Made by a program: the position numbers and the translations under genes. The notes beneath the pieces are model-generated. The model saw nothing but the letters and a program-made list of their open reading frames with translations. It had not been told where the DNA came from and did no database searches. From Perna viridis (Eukaryota), in contig CM074514.1 of NCBI GenBank assembly GCA_037379345.1, positions 25,420,001 to 25,484,000 on the forward strand: a stretch of 64,000 nucleotides of DNA. Direction: 5' to 3'. Shown piece by piece: positions 22,274 through 35,542 of this stretch; within the stretch, counting starts at the first letter, position 1, and the number at the start of each line of letters is the position of its first letter.

Positions 22274-23646
22274 CTACGGATGTACCTTTGTAGAAGCCAC
22301 TAAACTATTATATAATAAGGTATAACCTTTGCCTAATTGTATAACAACATCAAACTGATACGAAGTCTTACTTTTTAAATTTCTTATTTGATGGTTTAGC
22401 ACCATATTTGGTTTTTCATGTCTCACTACAATACAAGTCACCTTGGTACTATCTTTAACTGGAGACTCACTATTTTTACTGCACTGATTTCGCCGTCTTT
22501 TCCGACGTGCTGTTAACAGTATTTCTTTTTTATATATACAATATTTCTGTCTTGATATTGTACCTAACCAACCTATAGTTAATGAATTATGTGTTGTACT
22601 ATTATCTACGAGAAAAACGTTTGCTTTTCTGGGCAACGAAGGGTATCTTACTTTCCTCTGTGATGTTGATACCATCAGCCGAGCTGTTTTTGGAACATCT
22701 TTCTTCCGGCTTGATACACTTATGAAGTATGTATCCGCCTCTAGATTTCCAACTTTGAAAGTTGATGTCCTTTTGACTTTCTTTTTAATAATCTTTTTTA
22801 CGTTTTGGCCACGCCCATGTCCACGTGACACACGAAATGTCACTCTACCAGTACAAGAATGGACGGCAATGTACAGATCACTGGTATTCTTTAGAACATA
22901 TTTGAATTTATATTCTAACTTTTTCTTCGTAAATTCTACCTCTTGAAGTTTGCCATTCCGTAGTTTTTTCACTCGTTGTCGCTTTTTCCTTTTCTTTGAT
23001 GTCACTGACAACTTTTTATATGCACTACTAAGGTTATGCTGTTTATTTATCGCATAAACATTAACATTATATTTAGTACCCGGCTTGGCCTGTGTGAATA
23101 TATATGACGTGTCTCTGCCAACGCACGTGTAAAAAATATCCTTCGGCTTTGCTGGTTTTACTGGCCTTGCCTTACTGCGAAACAAGTTAACAATATCATC
23201 CTCCCAAGGAAAGAAGAACCCGGTATTTTTGGGGACTTTGTCACCAAATTTATGAGACATGAGTGAACAGTAATTGTCAAAACTTCTTTTTGGACTAACA
23301 GAAATACAGTATGTAATGATATTGCCATATGGTGTTTCATCTTGGCTAGGAAACCACGACACAGTAAAACTTTTTCGTCGTATTCTGTCAACACGAATAC
23401 TGGAATTTCTCGGTAATCTTGGGTAGTCTCTGTCTTTACTTGGAGCAACCGGTTTAGACTTAAGAAATAACTTCACATACGTGTCACTTTCTGTTGGTTT
23501 TATAAAAACAGTATAAATCCCACTTGTATTAGAACTCCTTCTGAATATATGTGACTCGGGACCAGTAAATGAATAAAGCAATACTCCGGTTGGATTTGCT
23601 GGTTCAGGGACCTTTGGTTTATCTTGGATATCAAATAATGGTGTTT
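22274..23646 (-). CDS. NDNF: NDNF/Nord-like protein, last coding exon (FN3-like domains and C-terminal NDNF domain)
   Basis: Acceptor TTCTTTTCTTCAG ends at 23647. A phase-1 join (G+AA = Glu) keeps the frame. The motifs LLYSFTG..SGIYTV..DTYVKLF, YPRLPRNSSIRV..SFTVSWFPS..ITYCISV..FDNYC, KPGTKYNVNVYA and YPSLP..SLTIGW..KYCIY parallel vertebrate NDNF. Stop at 22276-22274. Confidence 0.93.
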
Positions 23647-25882
23647 CTGAAGAAAAGAACAAAGTGGAATTGCAAATGGAACTTCTTTGATGATAGACTC
23701 AATGGTTAAATGATTGTTTTCCTTACAGCAATCACATATCTAGATTGTATGTAGAAGATGGGTAGGAAGATAATATGGGCAAGAAGTAGGTAGGAAAGGT
23801 AGATAATCAAGTAGGCAGCAATCTCGTGAAATAATAATATATCACTGGAGACAATATTTCCAAAAATTCATTGCCATAACCCTATTTCACTACTTATACG
23901 AAAGATTTCGTCAACTGTGATTTTAAATAATTAGAGGAATGAAAAATTAAGCTTGCAGTTCAATACCGCATTGGCGCATATCAATTATTAACTTTCTTGC
24001 AATATCCTAGTACATCAGGGGTCATATGACGAAGAAAATACAAAACTGTTCGAGTATATATGTATGATAATTAACGCTAATATGCCATAATAAAAAGCAT
24101 GAAATTTTGCAGTAAAATGGGAAGTTCATCGTTCTAAGAATATAAACGAGCTTAACACTTTGTACTAACCTGACCCCAAAGCACAATTCCCCATAATGAA
24201 ATCTCATCATATGTACGTGTTAAAGCATATAAAATACAGAGGTAATATATTATCATACTTTTTCGCGAATATTGTCATCAGTTGTCAAAAAATACATTTC
24301 TGGTGAAAACTTCAAAGGTATTATTATTAAAACAAGACCCGATAGGAATTCCAGAACGTCGAAAGATGCGAAGACCTAACGCTATGAATGCATAAAAAAT
24401 TAGTAATGATAGTTGTCTTGCCATACTCTTTTTCCATCATTGTAAAGGTATATGTTTTGTCTACTCCATTGTAATTGGTTATATGTTCTTTTTTTTTCTC
24501 GATACGAGCACGGAAAATGTACTATTGGCATCGCTGCAAACGGGAGCAATAACAAAACGACCGCCAAAGTCTAGTCAAAGAATTGGCGCGCGATTATGTT
24601 GCTTAATTAACTATATTAATGATAATCCAGTTACGATAGATTTCTTCTATTACAAAAATAATTGCAGTGCATGCGGTAAATAAAGGACACAACCTTACGA
24701 GTTTCAATACTATTGTATACCAGTTTTAGTAGTATCATGGATATTGGATGATCGCCCAGAGCACGGAAGAGTAAGTAATTCTATAATGAATCTTCGATGG
24801 TTATGGTTACTAAATCTGTCCGATAACGTATATTCATATTTAGACCAACCTTATATTGACAGAAGCCTTGGTCAATAAAAAAAAGCAACGAAAATCAATT
24901 GAAAAGTAACAGAAGCGATGAGTCGATCAAAGGTTTTAAATATCTCGAAATATTTAGACAGTCCTCTAATATATGTTAAAAGTATAACCTATAACCCAAC
25001 TTGGTTAATGGGTGCGAGTTGTGTTGGCGTGCTCAAGTGTATTATACCTCTTAACTTGTTATAAAAATTTGACATGACAAATACATTTTGGGGGAGTAAA
25101 CTAATCTAGTCTGATTTAAATGGTATGAAAAGGACCCCCTAACAAAGAAAAACTTGAATACTCATTACAAGGAAACCAATTAATTATGACTAGTAATAAC
25201 ATAATTTGGTAAGTGTGAATGGAAAATAAGCGGCCTGTGTGGTCAGAATGCTTATACTTTAATTGTTAAAAAGTTAATTATGTCCATCTCCAGTTGTTCA
25301 GAAAGGTTAGTGACTCCCCCTGAGTAATTGTCAGTTAGTTTCTTGAATTAGAAGTAAACAGAGTCTGTAACGTACAAACAACGTATATCACAAGATGTAT
25401 TCGCTTTGAAACTACAAGACCTGTTTTCGTGAATATATTAAAAAGATTATCCAACAGCGATTTTAATGTAAGTGTTTTATTAGTGTTCATTAACGATAGT
25501 GGTTTTAAAAGGAGTTTTTACCATTTCCTTAAAAAAATCTCTTGTATACAGACAAAACAGTACAACAATAAAGTTACAGAAACTAAAAAATTGAAATGGA
25601 CCAAACCGTATGCAACACGGTTGTTACAATTTCCTCGACAAATTTTTATGTTTAGCCAAAAACAGTACAAAGTAACAGAAACTGCAAATAAAGGAAAATC
25701 GAACGAACCAAACAGTTGGGAACACGGACCATGTAAACTGTAAAGACATCGGTCTTGTTTTCAAAAGCACGTGCCAAATTGTCAATAGTGTACCCGGGTG
25801 GAATGCGGAAAAAAATTGTGAAAAAAAGATATTAATTTTCTATCTACAGTGCTTGTTTGACAAAGCAACTAAGTATATATAC

Positions 25883-26007
25883 CTCCATAGTCGTCATAAC
25901 CAGGGATGGTTTTACGCATCACTCTTGACTCGACTGCTGACGCACACGGGGTGATTCTCAATGACAAAGGTACCTCATTATTTTCCTCGTCAACCATGAA
26001 TAAGATC
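25883..26007 (-). CDS. NDNF: NDNF/Nord-like protein, second coding exon (125 nt)
   Basis: Acceptor TATTTACAG, donor G|GTATAT. Encodes ILFMVDEENNEVPLSLRITPCASAVE, matching the NDNF motif YFFVVEEDNTPLSVTVTPC. Phase 2 in and phase 1 out fit both neighbouring exons. Confidence 0.9.
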
Positions 26008-29000
26008 CTGTAAATAGATAAGGTTAGAACATTCTGGTATTGCCAAATTTTGTACACATAATAATACTAGCGTTTGGACATTTTTGGTGGGGTTACAATT
26101 TATATTTCCTTTAGGCCGGACTCCATTGTGGAATGTTTGTTAACTTCGAAATACTAGTGTAGTGTGTTTTGTTTCGATCTTTTTTAAACAAGGCAGCTCT
26201 TGTCGTTCCAGTTAGTGTCATATTATGGATTTCATTTCTTGTCACACACCTATGTGTAGTGTAATAGCTAACATTTGTGCTTGCAAGTCTCTATTTTTAA
26301 TGTTTCGTTCGAAGTTCTTGTCGAGAATTCCAGTTTGTTCATAAGTTAAAGTTATAAGTGCAATGACGTATTCAGACAAGAATTTATAGGAAGAGGGGGA
26401 ATGTTTGATATTCAATTCTTACCATCAAAATATACAGACATCTATTTTTGATAATGAGTTAATGCAAATAAATAAAATAGAAATTCTTTGAAATAAACAG
26501 TAGAGAACACGTTAAAGCACAATTTAGCAGGTACATTAAATTGTAGACTACTTTTAACAACGCTATTAATTATTTTCTCGTTTGTTTGAGTCTACAGTGC
26601 AAAAACGCTGTCCTATTCTATTCTATTTTGGTTAAATGTAATCCAGTTCTAGCAACTTGTTATGTCTGATAAAGCAAGTTAGAATTCTTGTTATTAGTTT
26701 ATTCCCATTTCTCAATTCGAACGTCTTTCCAATCAATTTCTTATAAACATTAATCATTATAGATGCGTATTGTGTTGAAAGGTACATTTCAATAAAATAT
26801 TCTGTGTATGAAATAAGCGTGTGTGTTCTAAAGTTTATTTGTAAATTTTCTTTGATGTACTTAAGATAATAAATCTTGTACAATTTAAATCGCAAAATAA
26901 AGAGAATTTCAAATGGCAATTGTTATTCTTGTTTAGTAGGTTTACAGTTCGCTTTCTAGCAATTGTTTGAAATGATGTATCTTTCTCAAGTCGAGTTAAC
27001 TACCATGACCATAGAAATACGATAATAAACTGTTCACACAGAAGGACTCTGTTTCTCTGTAGAATGTTCTACCAACGATCATGGTAATGACCAGGATATC
27101 ACCAAACTCAGCACGAAAAACTGACTAATCTTAACAAATTATATTGAAAATCATTATAAAATTTCAAAGAAAATAAGAAACTATCAATAAGTATAACAGT
27201 AAAGAACAACAGCCTTGTCGACTCGACAGATAGTTTGAACCGTATTTTTCTAATTTTTAACAACAACGGCGATACGCTATCGTCAATAATCATCTCTAAT
27301 CTCAATATTCAGAACACGAGCTAGGAATCTGTAGCCTCCTAATACATCAGACATGTTAATTCCACTCGAAGTGCAATTAATCTGTAACCCTGTCTGAGAA
27401 TGGGCACACATGCATTGCCGATTATTTTAATTGGTTATGATCAATTATTTTTAATTTTCCCAATTACAGTAATGAAACAAATCAGAGGTGATGTCAGTTT
27501 AACCTTTATACGACAAAATCACATAACATTTTTTTCATGATTTATATACCAAACCCTTTAAACTGTTAAACAGTGACCCGACAATGGCAGTCAATACAGT
27601 GACCTATATTCCATGTAATATCATTTTCCCGGTCCATACACGTGTCAGTGATCGGCATTACTGACAAATTCCTGTTTATAATTCAATTATTTCTGTTTTA
27701 CTAAGATGTGTGGAATTTCCATAAAGTTTTGAAGGAGGTTTTGCCAACAAAATCATCAAAAACGTACTTTTGCTACCTGAGAATTAACCTTTCGAGTGAT
27801 CTTGAACTTTTTAGAGGGATAAACTGTCAGCACAACGAAAACTAACCATCTTTCAACAACCATGACTGAGTTTTAATTAAAGAAAAGATCTGCTTCATCT
27901 CAAGGGTGAAAAGAAAACGTACTCTGTAAAGGAGGGTACATTGTAGTGGTTATTATCTTAGAGTCAGGTGCGACCAGATGTAGTTCACGCCTGGGAGTTC
28001 ACGTGTGTGCTGTAATTTCAAAACTGGATAATTAGTTGAGGTAAAGGATGTACCGTCCGTTATTTCGAGAACCCAAAATGTACCAGTATAAATAGGACTT
28101 GTATACCAAACAGACATGTAAAACACACACCAGGCCAATACGCCATATATAGTGCACCAAAATAGTGCAATGCAATGAGCAAGTTTCATCAGAAACTCAT
28201 AAGAAACTTTAAGTATGGTAATATTTCAGAGCTTCAAAACTTCACAAGTAGCGGAGTGATTGAAATGCGGTTATACGTCTGCGGGGGAATCAGGATGCCA
28301 AGTAAACGTAGACATTAAACATTCGACTGTATTATTTACATTTTGAATCATATGAAGGTCCAATTCATAATAGTCTCAAATTGAGATTTTCCACAAATTC
28401 TTCCTCAACTCAAATTTAGACCAATTAGATCACTTCAAATCTAAGATTTGATGTAGTTTCAATTTGAGAATTTAAATGAAACTACGATCAGAACCTTGAC
28501 GTACTGTAGATCTTATTTGTCACGCCATTTGAGATTAAAATGGTGTCTAGTGAAACAGACTACTTCGAGTGCAAGATTAGAGCTTTTTTTTGTCTTACAG
28601 ATACTTACACTGAAGTATAGATCGTAACGTTTGAACATAATATACTTTACTCTCTAATACCATATCTCCAGAAATAGAATGTCCGGAATACCCCTCACAA
28701 AGAATTACTGTTGTGCAGTTAAACGTAGAATTTAGTGTCGATATGAAGACAGACGGATGACGGGGGAGTTTTATAACTCAATCTGTTGATGCAATGGAAT
28801 GAAATGTTTGACATTCGAAGCAACAATTCTTTCTGTTTTTGGATTTGCATTATGATAAAGCATCTTTGATATCGATAACAAAATATGCGAAGAAGATATA
28901 GATGCTCCGTTTTTCTGTTTCATAAATCACATACAAGATGGATCTCGTATTAAAACTCTTATCATAAGTTTCATTTTTATTTCTCTGTCTACAAATCAAC

Positions 29001-31953
29001 AACAAACCCCAAAATATAACGAACGTTATCAAAGTGATAGTTGAGGTTACGTCAAGATTCTCATACACTTCCTCCGCTCTTTTTAAATTCATGAAAATCA
29101 TTATACTATTGATCGAAATACATTCCTTAACTACACCATCGAACACGAACATTTCTATCTTTTAAAGGACCAAAAGCTTCTGTTCTACTTAGAAAAAGTA
29201 AACGAAACAGTCCCTAAATCACATAACACAGTGAAAGAGAGTTTTTAAAACCAAGGATTGATGTTGCATTGCCTTTCTTTGGAAGTAATACGATTTGACT
29301 GGTATTAATCAGTTCGATGTGTGTTTTTTATAATAAACGTAGGTCAAGGATGAAAAACGTAAGCTAACAGAGCTAAAGATTGAAAATGAAACTTGTCAAT
29401 TAGAAGTTTTTGATGTTGCACAGTAAACCACTGTGAGTAAGTTTGCGATAATTGGTGTAAAGAGTTACTAATTACTAACAATTTGACGTCGAGATCATTT
29501 GTAAGGAATCACTACTACAAGTTCTACTAATCAATTAGTCTACAGTGTAATGTGTCTAAGAAATGAAGGCACGAGTATCTGCGGTTAGAAGCAGCAGCAG
29601 AAACTCCACGTGCAAAACGGAAAAGCAAGAATAACTGCGGTAAAAAGAAATGCAAACAACCCGAAAATAATACTGAAACTACACTCTAATGATAAGCAAG
29701 AGACAACCAATTAATTTTAAATAAATATTCACGGGCCCAGCCAGTTACGTCCACGGATGTCGAACCTTGAATAGTTCGGGCTTAAGCAAGAGACCACCAA
29801 TAAAAACAACTATTCAACAGAAAAAGTATGATGTTATGGAAGTAAAGACCATGCATAATTTAATAGCAGGAATAGTCTTGTAAAGGATAAAGTGAAAAAA
29901 AAACATAGCATTACAAACGCAGACAGAAAACATGTATACACGGCTAAAACTTGAATATTTGTTTTACCAAAATTCTATATGAAAAAATAAGGAGAGCGTG
30001 AAATAGCTTTGAGTTATTGCTGTTTATAGACTATCGGTACTTATCCCAACCCACCAGAGAATAAAAGACGAAAACAACTCAGTCAGAAGTGAAGGTTTCA
30101 TTTGGGCTGTAACAGATTGATGTACGCTGATAATGATTGTATTTGTCTGGAAATGACTGTGATAAATTTGCCGTATCGTCGCTCTAGACCCTAAGAGTGG
30201 CAGATTAAACAAGGAATCAATATATATTATGACAGCTATGACAAATTGCTGTAAGTTTATATCATATTGTTAACATAAACATGCGGTGTTGCATACTGGC
30301 TGCCGTAAAAGTCAATTACGTAATAGTGTTTTCTAAATCTTGTTAGTTTTTCCAATCTCCCAAACCATCTTATTTTACACCTCGAAAACAAAGTATTAAG
30401 ATGATTGTTCATCCAGACATTTTATTATCCCAAACAACTACACTAATCACATTTTTGCCCTTTCCAATTCAGGCAATTTTCCTAGGATAAAAGCTATGCA
30501 TGGAGAAAATGGGTTAAAAAAAGAAAGACTTACAACTTTCAGATTTAAATTATTAAAATAATACGACTAATTCCAAATAAGATGATAATTATGAATTGAA
30601 GTATTAAGTGATATTCGCAATATCATACCACCGTAGGGTAATTACATAGTCGATTTACATTATAATAAAATTTACGCATAGTTCAATAAGAAACTAATTA
30701 TTCAAGAGAAAATAAACAACTCTCTGTTGGTTAATCTCATTTGAAAAGACAGCACCTCAACCATTTTATATTTTGATTCTTAACTAGAATAGATATTTCA
30801 GTATTTAAATATTATCCAACTTCAACAAAAATATCGTGATTCAGTATAATTCGTGAATATCCTCGTTGTATATACAGAAAATAGAAGAAATGTATTAAGT
30901 TTAAAAGAATTAGCAAAAGGCAGTGACGTGCAGTCACTGTAAAATGTAAAATATCTGAAGGCATCACGCAATACTGGACCATGGTTTGTTCGGAATTCTT
31001 TATAAACAGTTTATGCTTCACAAGAAACGTACTGTCTGAAGGCTAATGATGTTAGTCTAAAAGAGGAATCAGACTGTCCATGTGGTCATATGATGTTCAC
31101 AAGGCATTAATGCATGTACTATGACAACAAATGGAGATGTAAACATTCGATACAGCAATGCAGGAATGGTTATTTAAACATATGATAGTTTTTTCTGGTT
31201 ATGGAAGAAATAGAAACATAATGAAACAGAAATTGTCAAAGTCAAAGGACAAAAAATCCAAGGTATATAGTAACGACAGTCGGGAGAAGGTAGGTTCAAG
31301 TTGTAGCGTAATCGCAAAAAATCAGAAAAATGCAGAAGATTAAAGAACAGCCTAAGTAAAATATGAACAAAAGAAACTCGAAAGTATGCAATTATTTTAT
31401 GGTAACACTGACCAGGTAAACCAAAGGAGCCTTCCGCTTTTCTCGAAAAATTCGATAAGTCACGCGAGGAGGGAAAAGGTAACAATCCACCTTCTTATTA
31501 CAAAGAAATCATGACCCTGGCCTCATTTTTATGATCTGTCAACATTTGTTTTGTTTTTTTTGGGGGTTTTTTTTTTCTCACAACCGATTTTTTTTTTTAA
31601 ATTACATGCATTACAAGATTAATCTTAATTAGACTGGAAAAGACGACAATCCTACCACGCCGACTGGAATGTAAGAGATATCTGATTTTGCTATTTCAAT
31701 AATGTTCCATACGGCGAAAATAAACTACAGGAAAGAAAACTTTAAACATATCAGAATACTAATATTTTGTAAAATTACCTTGTAGCGGTCCAAATAACAA
31801 TTACAACATAATCATCATGGAGGGGGTACGTTGTGTTTAAAAAGACCTTACAATATAACAGTTTTCGTGTACAATAGAGAACAAAGCTAACATAACCTTA
31901 GAATGGAGATAAATTAAAATTAATACTATAATGACCTGTTATTAGCAACTTAC

Positions 31954-32183
31954 TTTATTGTTTCGTTGGCTAGAAGATATGCGTTGACTTCGGTACCCTC
32001 TTTCAGTACTTTACTGTCTTTGAAAATTTCAGCATTATCTACTTCATTGTAGTAGATCTCTGAGCTTTGAGCTAGCTTGGAGGGAAGTTTCTGTGCAGTT
32101 ATTCGCGCCGTCATACCAAAGAAGAATATCACAAAGTTCACAACGATTAATTTAATTTTTTTCCAATCAGAACGTCGTATCAT
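31954..32183 (-). CDS. NDNF: NDNF/Nord-like protein, first coding exon (signal peptide and mature N-terminus)
   Basis: ATG lies 7 nt after the acceptor TTTTTTCAG (exon starts at 32190). Hydrophobic signal LIVVNFVIFFFGM is followed by QKLPSK..IFKDSKVLKEGTEVNAYL (compare NDNF QKLPTR..FFHDSSVIPDGAEISSYL). Donor AA|GTAAGT. Joined CDS is 230+125+1373 = 1728 nt = 575 aa. Confidence 0.92.
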
Positions 32184-33900
32184 TGTGAACCTGAAAAAAT
32201 AGAAAATAACAAATGAATGTCAGTTCCTGCAGTCATCGCCAGCCCAATTAATGTAGAGTGTACTTTCAGTGGATGTCCAAGTTTCACATGTTCTGTCCCC
32301 TAGATCATTTTGCAGATCAGCTAAAATCGAAGCAATCATCATGACATTGCTTTATTTTACTAAACAGCTTTCTGTGAATGAACTCGTAAACAATGTTAAC
32401 TCTTATAGAAATAATAACAATGGTGAATACACTGAGTTTTGTATGCAGTATATAATCGAAAAAGAAAATAACTTGTTTGAATGGTCACGAAAAAAAGGGC
32501 GAAGAAAAAAGCCTGATAATAATAACTTGTGGAATCAAGGTTTTTTAACAACTAATATATGCTGGTTGCATCACCTAGCTATAACTACAGAGATATCTCT
32601 TCCCACTCTCATACTTAAGCAGATACAAAAGATAAAAGCGATTTTTCTGTCAAAGGGGACTTCATTCTCTGCTCAGGAAGCAGAAGTTCTGCTGGGCGGT
32701 ATGTTATTGAACGACTCATTGTGTAATCAGACATAATGAATACCGTTATATAAAAACGTCATGAGGTTACATAAAAATATACTAATAAATGAGATGACTA
32801 ATTGGTCGAATGACTTACTTGTATATTTCGTACCTGTTTGTTCTTATAAATGTTTATAAACAGTGATCACAAAGGTGAATACATGTCGAAAGCTTCAACG
32901 GTTCACAAAATGATGCTTAAATATTTTACATTAATAAATTGTAGGCTAGAAAGATCTCTTTTAAAAAAAACTTTCTCTAAAATATTTAAGTCTAACTCCG
33001 CACTATACAAACTCGAGTCAGGGTGCCAACCCATTGTCTAGAATGCGGTTAAGTTACAATATGCAACCCATCGCAGCTTCCTAGTTCTATATTGTTTATG
33101 CGTCTTGAGTAAACATTTTCTATATCTTTCGAAACCAACGGCGGTAATCTTTCATCCAATTCGATAGAAATAGAAAATTAAAAGCTCTATTTAGAATCAA
33201 TTTAAGATAGAGCACGACATTTGCCTCCAATTCGAATGTCTTGGGACGTGCAATGCATGTGCATTTAACTGCATAACTATATGTTTAGTTTTCTTATTGC
33301 TGCTTGAACGAGAATCGTGTTTGCTATGATAACACAGGCGAGAAGTGATGAACCACATATTCTACCTTAAAGGTAGAGACTACTACGTTAAGAAAATAAG
33401 GGATACAAGATGTAAGGTAATATGCGTTACGCAACGAACTGACCAATTCAGTTAACAAGGATCTCTGTATTATTCAAATTATCTTATTACATTTTTCAAT
33501 TTACCGCAATTTCTTGTTGAATAAGAGGAGTCTGGTGGTACATTTTTGTTCGCACTACATGACATCACTGTGTCATGTTTCAACATCTTGTAATTAAATA
33601 AAATTTGTTATATCACGAGAAAAAAGTTTGAAATATGATCGTTGACAGATATGAAAAGAACTCGTATTACAAGAGACTTTCCAATATGAATATGCACGGT
33701 AGCAGGATAGTCAAAAGCTATGATGTTACACTTTTGAAAAAAAAGAGAATTTACTAAAGTTTTGAAATTCATTACCTGTAGGATTGTCTGATAAACTGCA
33801 CCACTTAATTATTATTATATCGTCAATATAAAAGATAAGTCCCTTTCTACTCTTAAGATAAGAAAACAGGTTTTAAAATGACTTAATAATTTTGTCCTAC

Positions 33901-33950
33901 CTTCAAAGAAGCTGCGCTTCGTACATCGCGGCCGTCACATGACTGAGCAT
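33901..33950 (-). other. Candidate 50-nt 5' UTR exon of NDNF
   Basis: GC-richer island bounded by acceptor TTCTTTTTAG and donor AAG|GTAGGA. An upstream exon is implied by the acceptor at 32191-32192. Confidence 0.45.
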
Positions 33951-34935
33951 CTAAAAAGAAATTAAAAACAATACTAATGCTATCGCTATTACATCCCATA
34001 TCACAACTGTTATAAAAACATCTGTATCGAAATATTTCATTTTCAAGACTGTGCTTGGAGAGCATCAGCAGATCGGCCAAACAGTAAATCGTGTATCCCG
34101 AAAATGATCTATATTGATCTAATGAGAATCTACTGTTGTAGCAGGTAACATTTAGCCAATGAATCTTTGGGGACGCTTTAATCGATACAATGAAAATTGT
34201 AGATTGCTCTGTAATCAGTACCTTTAAACAGCACTTTCGGTGATAATTCCTCTGTTAAATCTACTTGATAATATCATAATTATATCCTGATTACAACGTT
34301 TAACTTCTTACTGGGTATGTTTCCAGTTTTATTTCTGTTATATCAAGTTATTTTTGTATAGCCCTAACCTTTTTTCACACACAGTCTAATTATCCATTTT
34401 TAACGCTTTGACAAAAAAATTCACCTGATTTTGATAATTTGTACACCTGTGTGTTGAAACATTTCAAAATCTCATTAGCATGTTGACATTTGTAATCATT
34501 TTACTTTCATCAAACTTTTATTAGTAATTTGACAGAAATATCGATGAATTTACAAATGACAGCTAAATAACTATATATGGTCCTAATAAAAATTAAGATT
34601 TATATCTTTCATTATCTTGTATGTAATTAATTAATTACAATAATGTAGTTAACATAGAATTTGCTCACATATTTTCATCATTATTCATTCAATTTTCTAG
34701 GAACCAAATCGATTTAGTAGGATGACAGTAACAGGGTTCAGGCTTCAGATTATAGTTTTTAAGAACTTGCATGTTTAACCTCATATTCCTGTTAATGTGG
34801 CCGCAAATTCCGATCCGCGACACCCGAACCCCAACCCTCAGTGTGTACACTTTTAAGTTCTTTGTTTAATCACCTTTACTTCCTTGATCAAATTTTCATG
34901 TCTTGTAGTGAAATTCAAAAGTTGCATATTTTTGG

Positions 34936-35131
34936 AAGAGTTATCAATGGAACCAAGACTCTATAGCAGAAATCAAAAGAATGTAATCAAGAGACAAAGA
35001 CCGACACGAAAAACAGACACACACACCCACACAACAAAGAACATAAAGTAACTAAAATAATACTACAGAGTAACAAAAGTAAATGAGCAACTCAGACTCT
35101 ACTAAAGTTGAACGCATGGACAAGGTGCACC
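34936..35131 (-). mobile_element. 3' UTR-only copy of the Penelope-like element
   Basis: Collinear with 1465-1651 (GGAACCAAGA, GAAATCAAA, ACAACAAAGAACATAAA, ATGAGCAACTC, GGTGCACCG). Confidence 0.8.
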
Positions 35132-35413
35132 GATTTGGAAATCCAATTGGCATTATTCGGTGATGGAGTATTTCAGTCTTAAAAGGGGTTTCTTTTCCTG
35201 GTAGATTGGTGATGTAACGAACAGTAATCTTACTCGAACAAAGTACTTGTAATGATGATTATGAATATGAATTTTCATTCATATAGACAATTATGTAATA
35301 AGATAATCATGCAGACATGGCTTATCCGCTTTATACAGAATAAGAATAGCTGAATAAGCTCAACTTTCTTCCTATTTACATTTTTAAACAAACAATACCA
35401 GTGCATGTATGCA

Positions 35414-35542
35414 CAGTGGTGGATAGAGGGGATGTTTTAGGAAGTTGGAACCCTTTTTTCAAATTTTGTTAATTTCTTGCAAAATTTGGTTAAAGAAAGT
35501 AGCCTTTGTATCTCATTTTCAAAATTTTTGGAGCCGTCCCTG
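35414..35542. mobile_element. Degenerate MITE of the CAGKGGCGGATCC-TIR type
   Basis: Ends CAGTGGTGGATA / GGAGCCGTCCCTG. Resembles 46239-46406. Confidence 0.45.

Noticed and set aside
32269-32736. 155-aa + strand ORF antisense to NDNF
   Set aside because: GTG start, low-complexity N/K-rich composition and no recognisable motif. Probably a chance ORF in intronic DNA.
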